Shown here: piece after piece, positions 57,315-64,000 of the stretch
How positions within the stretch are numbered: position 1 is the stretch's first letter
How the letters are laid out: the number at the start of each line of letters is the position of its first letter
Virus record (IMG/VR): IMGVR_UViG_3300032167_005013
Length of the DNA: 64,000 nucleotides
Source of the DNA: a virus
Taxonomy: Duplodnaviria > Heunggongvirae > Uroviricota > Caudoviricetes
Strand: one strand, 5' to 3'
Made by a program: the position numbers and the translations under genes
Notes under the pieces: generated by a model
Told to the model about the DNA's origin: nothing
Seen by the model: only the letters and a program-made list of their open reading frames with translations
The model's database searches: none

Positions 57315-58604
57315 ATGCTATATACTGATTTCTTAAAACACAAAGTTTTTACGATTCTCCATGACGTCGCAAAGGAACTTAACGTTCACGCATATGTTGT
57401 TGGGGGATATGTTAGAGATTGTTTTCTTGGTATAGAAAACAAAGATATTGACATTGTTGTTGAAGGTTCAGGAATTGAATTTTCAGCGGCTTTTGCGGAA
57501 AAAGTTAATGAAAAACATCATTTCTATGAAAATTATGGAACGGCAATGGTCCGTTATAAAGGAATTGAAGTCGAATTCGTTGGAGCGAGAAAAGAAATGT
57601 ATGAGAGGGGGTCACGAAATCCGATTGTTGAAGACGGCACGCTTCTTGATGACCTTCTAAGAAGAGATTTTACCATTAATGCAATGGCTTTATCTCTCAA
57701 TGATGATTTCGGCGCCCTTGTTGACCCTTTTGACGGGAAAGCCGACCTTGAAAAAAGAATTATAAGAACTCCAGGTGGTATCCCTAATGTTACATTTTCT
57801 GATGACCCCCTCAGAATATACAGGGGTATACGTTTTGTTGCAAAACTTTCTAAAGAAGGTGAATTATTCAAAATTGATGACAATACATGGGAGGGAATGA
57901 AAAACAATACAAGTAGAATCTACATTCTTACTCAGGAACGCATCACTGAAGAGATTGATAAGATTCTGAGTTATGATAACTCAGCCCTCGGTTTGGAATT
58001 GATTAATCTTCTTGGTATTTGGGATTTAACGTTTGAATATGACGGGCGTACAATGGTAAAAATTGGGATGGTTGCTAAAATCGATGAAGTTCTTGATAAA
58101 TATCAAAACAAAAAACTCCTAAAATGGGCAGTATTACTCGGTAAAGGCGCATTTACTCTTGAAAAACTTAAGGACCGTGTTCAAGGAATGAGATTACCTA
58201 ATTCCACTTACAATTTCATTGAAAAGGTTGTGACAAATAGAACTGTATTCACAGATAAGCAACCGCTTAGTGTTTTCAGAAAATTTGTTGCTGAAAATGG
58301 TCTTGCAATATATGATATATATAATTATTGGTTTTGTCATGAGCTTTATTATGCAGATGAAACTAATGTACCTTTAATTTTTGAAAAATATAAAAGAATT
58401 AGATTCTTGTTTAGTTCATTAACGCAATTTATTGATTTTAAACTTCCGTTAAACGGAAATGTAATTAGTGAATATATCGGGGTTCCACCGGGTCCACAAC
58501 TTGGTTTGATTCTTAATAGTATTAAAGAAGGCATTTTCGATGGTAGAATCGAAAATACTGTGGATGGCGTTTATTGGTGGTTGTTTAACACATTTAAAAA
58601 CTAA
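57315..58604 (+). CDS. cca: CCA-adding tRNA nucleotidyltransferase (class II)
   Basis: VGGYVRD, DIDIVV, ARKEMY..GSRNP, DLLRRDFTINAMA, FSDDPLR, ERITEE. Confidence 0.9.
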   Translation: MLYTDFLKHKVFTILHDVAKELNVHAYVVGGYVRDCFLGIENKDIDIVVEGSGIEFSAAFAEKVNEKHHFYENYGTAMVRYKGIEVEFVGARKEMYERGSRNPIVEDGTLLDDLLRRDFTINAMALSLNDDFGALVDPFDGKADLEKRIIRTPGGIPNVTFSDDPLRIYRGIRFVAKLSKEGELFKIDDNTWEGMKNNTSRIYILTQERITEEIDKILSYDNSALGLELINLLGIWDLTFEYDGRTMVKIGMVAKIDEVLDKYQNKKLLKWAVLLGKGAFTLEKLKDRVQGMRLPNSTYNFIEKVVTNRTVFTDKQPLSVFRKFVAENGLAIYDIYNYWFCHELYYADETNVPLIFEKYKRIRFLFSSLTQFIDFKLPLNGNVISEYIGVPPGPQLGLILNSIKEGIFDGRIENTVDGVYWWLFNTFKN

Positions 58605-58607
58605 AAT

Positions 58608-58808
58608 ATGGAAGATATTATTGTACCGAAATTTGTTCTTAAAAACATTGAAAATACATTAAGATTATGGGCAAATACCTATAACTCTTACGAGAAGACA
58701 ACATGCCTTGACAGAGAAACAATTGGTTGTCTTAATAGCGTTAGAAAATTATTGAAAGGTAAGGAAATAACAGGAATGGAAAGACTTGAACCATTGGAGG
58801 AGTATTGA
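58608..58808 (+). CDS. hypothetical protein
   Basis: Operon packing. Confidence 0.6.
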   Translation: MEDIIVPKFVLKNIENTLRLWANTYNSYEKTTCLDRETIGCLNSVRKLLKGKEITGMERLEPLEEY

Positions 58809-59293
58809 TTATGATTGATATTAATAGAGATAATTTCGAAGAAGTTTGTCGAAAATTGAACGACATGGAGTATGATGATGCTGTTGATAAGGAAGTTTGT
58901 CAATGGTTCAAAGATAAAATAAATTGTTTTGGTGAGGAGGCGGAGGCTCTCGAAGACTTGGGTTATACCTATGATGAAGTCTGTTTTGAATATTGGGGAG
59001 CATGGCATTCTGAACGCAATATTGAAGATATTGTTGATGCTGAAATTAAAGATAATAAAGTATGGATTAATTATACAACAAAATGGTGGGACGGACGTGC
59101 ACTTAACCACCAAGCAAGATTGCCATTGGATTGGATTTTTGACCACACCAACTTTATGGCGAAATGGAAAATCGAAATATCCAAAGCGCATATCAAAACT
59201 TTGGTTAACGAAATTAATGAACACGAGAGGAAATTAGATGAACTCAAACAAGAGTTAATTGTAGAAAAAAATAAGATAACTCTTGTTAGTTAA
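58805..59293 (+). CDS. hypothetical protein
   Basis: 162-aa ORF. Confidence 0.7.
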   Translation: MIMIDINRDNFEEVCRKLNDMEYDDAVDKEVCQWFKDKINCFGEEAEALEDLGYTYDEVCFEYWGAWHSERNIEDIVDAEIKDNKVWINYTTKWWDGRALNHQARLPLDWIFDHTNFMAKWKIEISKAHIKTLVNEINEHERKLDELKQELIVEKNKITLVS

Positions 59294-59334
59294 AGAAAAA
59301 ATCGTTATATTTGCAACGACTAAAACTATTGTTT

Positions 59335-59565
59335 ATGTGGTTTGTATATATATTAAAATTCATATGCATTGGAGCGCTTATTTTTTGTGGTTTGGCTTAT
59401 GTTAATAACATAATTGTTGATATTGGCTCAGCCATTGCAAGTTCGAGGACATTGTCCCCAACAGGGGCTGATGATGCGGAAAAAAGTGGACAATATGCTG
59501 CTTTTAGGATAAATCTAAGTTTAATCATGGCAATTGCAGGAGGTATATTGATATGTCTTCCGTAG
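59335..59565 (+). CDS. small membrane protein
   Basis: Two TM segments. Confidence 0.55.
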   Translation: MWFVYILKFICIGALIFCGLAYVNNIIVDIGSAIASSRTLSPTGADDAEKSGQYAAFRINLSLIMAIAGGILICLP

Positions 59566-59786
59566 AACTTAAGTGGATGGAAGAAACCGTTGAAGATGTT
59601 CCTTCCAATAAATGGTTATATAAACTGTTATGTTTTTGCATTGGTAGAAGAAAAGAAAAAATAACATATAAAGAACTATATATCTTCTATACCAATGTGT
59701 ATAATAAAAATGAGGATTATAAAAAAAAAGCAATTAATACAATTCTCAATATATATGAATATAATAAGGGACGATTACCAGAGTAA
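59553..59786 (+). CDS. hypothetical protein
   Basis: Operon packing. Confidence 0.5.
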   Translation: MSSVELKWMEETVEDVPSNKWLYKLLCFCIGRRKEKITYKELYIFYTNVYNKNEDYKKKAINTILNIYEYNKGRLPE

Positions 59787-59788
59787 TT

Positions 59789-60859
59789 ATGGAAAATAAA
59801 AATTATTACGATATTTTAGGTCTTTCCGAAGAAGATAAAGCACTTAATGGAAAAGAATTTGAAGAAAAGTTGAAGAAATCTTACAAAAATCTTGCAAGAA
59901 AATGGCATCCTGACAGATTTTCAACAAAATCCGAGAAAGAACAGAAGGAGGCTGAGGAGAAATTCAAAGAAATTACTGAAGCATATAATGTTCTTTCGGA
60001 CCCCGAACAGAGACAACAATATGATTTTCAGACTGGAGATGGTCCTGATTTTGACCCGTTTGCGGGTTTTAACCCATGGGATATATTTAGTGGGCGTGGT
60101 AGAACACAGCAGAAACCAATGTATAAAGGACAGAATGTTGATATTGAAGTTGTATTAACTCTCGAAGAGGCTTATAGTGGGGTAACAAAAGATGTTACTT
60201 ATAATAGGGATGTAATGTGTGGCCACTGTAACGGCACGGGTTCCGATGATGGTAAAACACATGCATGTCCTCATTGTAACGGTACGGGTATGGTTTCAGA
60301 AAGAGTGCAACGCGGTAATATGACAATGGTATCAAACCATCCATGTTATCATTGTAATGGGTCGGGAAAAACCTATTCAAAACCTTGCTCACATTGTAAT
60401 GGAAAAGGCATGAAGAAGGCTCCTTCAACAGAAAGAATTGTAATCCCTGCGGGAGTTGTTGATGGTGCTTTTGAAACTTATTCAGGAAAAGGAAATGAAC
60501 TCCCTAAAGGATATGAAGGAATACCGGGAGACCTTAATATTATTTTCAGAGTAAAACCTCATGACGTTTTTAAACGTGAAAGTGCTTTTTCAAATTTAAG
60601 AATTGACATTGATTTAAATGTATTTGATGCTGTCCTTGGTTGTGAAAAAGAGGTGCCTTGCATTGATGGCTCAACTGTAAAAATCAAGATTCCTGAACTT
60701 ACGGAAAATGGTCATACATTTGTTATTAAAGGTAAGGGAATGCCTGTATATAATAATAACAAAGAACGTGGAAATATGAAAGTTGTGGTAAATGTTAAGA
60801 TGCCTAAAACACTTTCAAATAAACAACGCGAATTACTTAAAAAAATTAAAAATATATAA
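59789..60859 (+). CDS. dnaJ: molecular chaperone DnaJ
   Basis: J domain with HPD, four CxxCxGxG zinc repeats, C-terminal domain. Confidence 0.95.
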   Translation: MENKNYYDILGLSEEDKALNGKEFEEKLKKSYKNLARKWHPDRFSTKSEKEQKEAEEKFKEITEAYNVLSDPEQRQQYDFQTGDGPDFDPFAGFNPWDIFSGRGRTQQKPMYKGQNVDIEVVLTLEEAYSGVTKDVTYNRDVMCGHCNGTGSDDGKTHACPHCNGTGMVSERVQRGNMTMVSNHPCYHCNGSGKTYSKPCSHCNGKGMKKAPSTERIVIPAGVVDGAFETYSGKGNELPKGYEGIPGDLNIIFRVKPHDVFKRESAFSNLRIDIDLNVFDAVLGCEKEVPCIDGSTVKIKIPELTENGHTFVIKGKGMPVYNNNKERGNMKVVVNVKMPKTLSNKQRELLKKIKNI

Positions 60860-60862
60860 GAA

Positions 60863-60886
60863 AAGGAGGACTGAATGTCCTCCTTA
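60863..60886. terminator. bidirectional terminator
   Basis: aaggaggac-tgaat-gtcctcctt between convergent genes. Confidence 0.75.
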
Positions 60887-60890
60887 ATTT

Positions 60891-61265
60891 TTAGTTTCCT
60901 ATATCGTAAAATCCGTTCGCTTTAATATTCGTATTCCTAAGGTCAAGAACTTCAAGTTTTGATAAAAGTGATACAACATCCTCAGCCGTAAGGTCACCGA
61001 CTTCTTTGATTACTGATTTCCCGTCAATTCCATCTTTACCCGGTGCACCATCGTCCCCCTTTTCTCCTTTCTCACCCTTGATTCCTCTTGGGCCTCTCTC
61101 ACCTTGCTCTCCTTTTTCTCCTTGTGGGCCTATTTTTCCTTGTTCACCTTTCTCACCCCTTTCTCCCTTTGGTCCCTGCGGCCCCTCTTTCTTACTAAGA
61201 AAAGCAAATACACTGCAAGCCAACGCAGCAATTGCTAAAATCAAACTAATAATACTTAATACCAT
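60891..61265 (-). CDS. membrane-anchored collagen-repeat protein
   Basis: N-terminal TM followed by ~18 Gly-X-Y triplets. Confidence 0.85.
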   Translation of the reverse strand: MVLSIISLILAIAALACSVFAFLSKKEGPQGPKGERGEKGEQGKIGPQGEKGEQGERGPRGIKGEKGEKGDDGAPGKDGIDGKSVIKEVGDLTAEDVVSLLSKLEVLDLRNTNIKANGFYDIGN

Positions 61266-61286
61266 GATATTTAATGTTTTCTATCT

Positions 61287-61583
61287 TTATATTCTATTTA
61301 ATTTTCCCCAATTGAATGCTTCAGTATCAGTGATGAATCTATTGGTATCTTCAAAAAAGTTGCCATAAACAGTGAATTCACAGGTAGAATCTTTTCCATA
61401 ATCACATGCATACGGTATTTCAGGAAGAAAAAACTCGGTATCGCCTTCAAGAATATCCACTTTTCTAAAACGCATCTCGGGAAAATCTTTTCTCCACTCA
61501 AATTCATTTTCATCAACAAGATTTGTATATAATGTTTCTGTCCATGTTTTCTTCCCGTAATACTTCCTCATTTTCCTCGGCAT
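61287..61583 (-). CDS. hypothetical protein
   Basis: 98-aa ORF. Confidence 0.6.
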   Translation of the reverse strand: MPRKMRKYYGKKTWTETLYTNLVDENEFEWRKDFPEMRFRKVDILEGDTEFFLPEIPYACDYGKDSTCEFTVYGNFFEDTNRFITDTEAFNWGKLNRI

Positions 61584-61689
61584 ACCAACAAAATATTTTT
61601 ATATATAAATATATAGAAAAAACGTATAAAAAACAAGCCTTGAACCATTAAAGGTCCAAGACTTGCAAAAATAATATGAATTAACCGAA

Positions 61690-64000
61690 TTAAATTCCAA
61701 ATTTTTGTTTGATAACATCAAGTTCTGATTTCATTGTTTCCATTTCAGACCTTGTTTTCTCTAGTTCATCATAAAGAACGTCAATTCCTCGAAGAGCAAT
61801 GACTGCCAATTTTGTATAATCAACATCGAGACGAGTGTCATCACTTCCTGATACAATCTCAGGATAAAGTTCCCTAACCTTCTGAGCGGATGTACCAATC
61901 TGCATCTTGCCTTCTTCATCACCGTTCCAAGTGAAATATGCTTTTGGTAATTTACGCAATTTTTCAAGGTCAAGTGGGATTTCCCCATGGAATGTCTTAA
62001 GTCGCTCATCGGAATCCTGATAATAACCCGTACAACCATGAAGAGTATTTCCTGACATGTAAATACTACATTTAGTTGTTACGCCTGTAACGGAACTAGA
62101 TGATGTTGAACCTATTATATAGGATGTTGTACCTGAATTATATGATGATGCAACGTTGTAGTCTGTATTGGTTGTTTTTGTATGGGCGGATACTACAATC
62201 GTTCCAGCTGAAGAAAAACATTTACATCCACCGAGACCATAAAATCTTACATAATCTTGCTGAGCCCCATTACCATCAAGGAGTTTTAAATAACAGTTAC
62301 CATTGACAGTGCTTACCGGTGTATCAACCACTAACGTTGCTGTTGATGCTGAAGTAACCACACAACCTGTTACAAAAGTTTCTCCTATACTTGCTGACAA
62401 ATTACTAAGTGCTGTAGTTGTTGCATAACCTGAGTGTGTATGGCTTGTTGTGGAATAACCACTTAAATTAGGACCGGTAATAACAATTGTTCCTGCAGTA
62501 GGTGAAGTAACAGTAACGTTTGTTGCGCCACAAACCAATGTATTTGACCTAACTGACCCATTTTCAACGAGATTAAAATATACTCCATTTGCAGTACCAG
62601 TTGTATTTGATGTCGATGTGGTTGCACTACTTGTTCTAAGATAAGCTGTATGGTGGGTATCAGTATCGGTGTTCGTATCTTTAGGCGTACCTGTAACAAC
62701 TGCAGTAATGTGACCCCTTGAGTCAAGTTTCAAACCCTTAATATAATTATCTCCTGAATCGAATCCAAGGGTTGTTGATGAAGTAGGGGTGTAATGGTTG
62801 GCTGCTGAAGTTACCTTGGTATCAGTATTGTTGTCCGTACTTGAAATTGTGATATTACCGCTTGCATCACTTGATATGGATGTTGCACCACCACCGATAA
62901 AACGTACCTGGTTTCTATAGGTATTATTATCGGTCACCTTAAGGTATGGATTTGTTGCTGATTCATTAGCAGCAGTACCTGAATTTCCTGCATATATACG
63001 TGTTGTATAATGGGTATCAGTATCGGTGTTCGTATCTTTAGGCGTACCTGTAACAACTGCAGTAATGTGGCCTTTTGCATCCACCCTAATTCCCTTGATA
63101 TAATTATCACCTGATGTGAAACCAATTGTTGTTGATGAAGCAGGAGTATAGTGGTTATCAACTGAAGTTACCTTAGTATCGGTATTTGTTTGGCAATATA
63201 AATCAGTACCAGTTCCATTAATGGTTATTGTACCAACTTTAGTTCCTGATGTCAAATTACGGGAAATTGAAACTGTTGATTTTTCATTGACTTTGTCAGC
63301 CAAATCAGTCAATGTTGCTGCAACACCTTCTTGGTCTGAATCATAGTCGGAGGTTTTCAAGTAGCCTGCACTTGCATGATTACCCCAATTATATGCAGTG
63401 ACACCTGATGAGGCACGGTCATACGCAGTTTTAACCGCTTTTGATGAAGCACCAACAGTTGAACTTGTGCTGCTAACTGAATCTGAAATATCCCTCCAAG
63501 TGTTAGTATCAGTAAAAACAGCATCTGCAGGTACTGATTTGGCCAATGTGTAAGTACATGCCACAGGCACTCCGTCATCAAAATACACAGGCTGTGTTGC
63601 AGAACCCTTATCCCCTGTACTTAATTTTGTTGCTTGTGCAGCACTGTTTGCAGTTGTCGCTGTAACTGCAGTTGCCACTGTTGGCGTACCAGCAGATGTA
63701 AAATATACAGGTTGTGAATTAGAACCAATTGCAGATGTATTGCTCAATTTGCTTGCAGTTGTTGCGGATGTTGCGGATTTTACACTCGCGTTTGCATATG
63801 TTGTACATGTTACAGGCACTCCATTTTTAAAATATACAGGTTGCGTTGCAGAACCAGTATCGCTGACTGTCAGTTTTGTTGCTTGTGCAGCACTGTTTGC
63901 AGTTGTCGCTGTAACTGCAGTTGCCACTGTTGGCGTACCAGCAGATGTAAAATATACAGGTTGTGAATTAGAACCAATTGCAGATGTATTGCTCAATTTG
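61690..64000 (-). CDS. tail fibre protein with S74-like chaperone (5' end outside the window)
   Basis: GS..QPVYF..G.P repeats; YQDSDERLK chaperone; ORF open to the window edge. Confidence 0.85.
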   Translation of the reverse strand, partial: KLSNTSAIGSNSQPVYFTSAGTPTVATAVTATTANSAAQATKLTVSDTGSATQPVYFKNGVPVTCTTYANASVKSATSATTASKLSNTSAIGSNSQPVYFTSAGTPTVATAVTATTANSAAQATKLSTGDKGSATQPVYFDDGVPVACTYTLAKSVPADAVFTDTNTWRDISDSVSSTSSTVGASSKAVKTAYDRASSGVTAYNWGNHASAGYLKTSDYDSDQEGVAATLTDLADKVNEKSTVSISRNLTSGTKVGTITINGTGTDLYCQTNTDTKVTSVDNHYTPASSTTIGFTSGDNYIKGIRVDAKGHITAVVTGTPKDTNTDTDTHYTTRIYAGNSGTAANESATNPYLKVTDNNTYRNQVRFIGGGATSISSDASGNITISSTDNNTDTKVTSAANHYTPTSSTTLGFDSGDNYIKGLKLDSRGHITAVVTGTPKDTNTDTDTHHTAYLRTSSATTSTSNTTGTANGVYFNLVENGSVRSNTLVCGATNVTVTSPTAGTIVITGPNLSGYSTTSHTHSGYATTTALSNLSASIGETFVTGCVVTSASTATLVVDTPVSTVNGNCYLKLLDGNGAQQDYVRFYGLGGCKCFSSAGTIVVSAHTKTTNTDYNVASSYNSGTTSYIIGSTSSSSVTGVTTKCSIYMSGNTLHGCTGYYQDSDERLKTFHGEIPLDLEKLRKLPKAYFTWNGDEEGKMQIGTSAQKVRELYPEIVSGSDDTRLDVDYTKLAVIALRGIDVLYDELEKTRSEMETMKSELDVIKQKFGI
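63628..64000. repeat. internal direct repeats in the tail-fibre gene
   Basis: LSNTSAIGSNSQPVYFTSAGTPTVATAVTATTANSAAQATKL encoded twice with near-identical DNA (~63628-63750 and ~63874-64000). Confidence 0.85.

Noticed and set aside
51939-62061. Diversity-generating retroelement TR/VR pair
   Set aside because: The repeat is identical rather than adenine-mismatched, both copies are coding, and no reverse transcriptase is in the window
1-64000. Alternative genetic code (TAG reassigned, as in Lak megaphages)
   Set aside because: Recognisable genes are full length in code 11, and TAG serves as a real stop (thyX; rmlB stop overlapping the rmlC start)

Overview
AT-rich, gene-dense segment of a large (jumbo-type) tailed phage genome, most likely infecting Bacteroidota (Prevotella/Bacteroides-type TTTG-N20-TAnnTTTG promoters, Bacteroidetes-like TonB receptor and RmlC tail). 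It reads normally in genetic code 11. Genes lie almost all on the minus strand up to ~48.2 kb, then alternate in blocks. Recognisable genes cover nucleotide metabolism (thyX, dut), NAD salvage and ADP-ribose handling (pnuC-like, pncA, pncB, Nudix, macrodomain, NADAR), tRNA maturation/repair (Thg1, CCA-adding enzyme, HD-kinase, phosphoesterases), rmlA/rmlB with a destroyed rmlC, a DNA adenine methylase, DnaJ, a glucosaminidase and mosaic tail-fibre genes. The most unusual feature is a ~1.3 kb non-coding RNA unit at 23.9-25.2 kb. It holds a 277-nt RNA reproducing the 23S rRNA uL11-binding/GTPase-associated centre (H43/H44) with a ~200-nt insert, two tRNA-like RNAs with intact acceptor and T arms but expanded inner arms, and one normal tRNA-Leu(CAA). 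Other observations: (1) about 13 sigma54-type -24/-12 boxes, four nested inside housekeeping-sigma promoters; (2) five dispersed HExxH paralogues with prohead-protease-like N-terminal sites; (3) two inverted gene cassettes with homologous flanks plus an apparent empty site; (4) a 70-bp IS200/IS605-type mini-element, a second copy of which is the landing site of an IS607. All product calls are from motif recognition by eye; no database searches were run.
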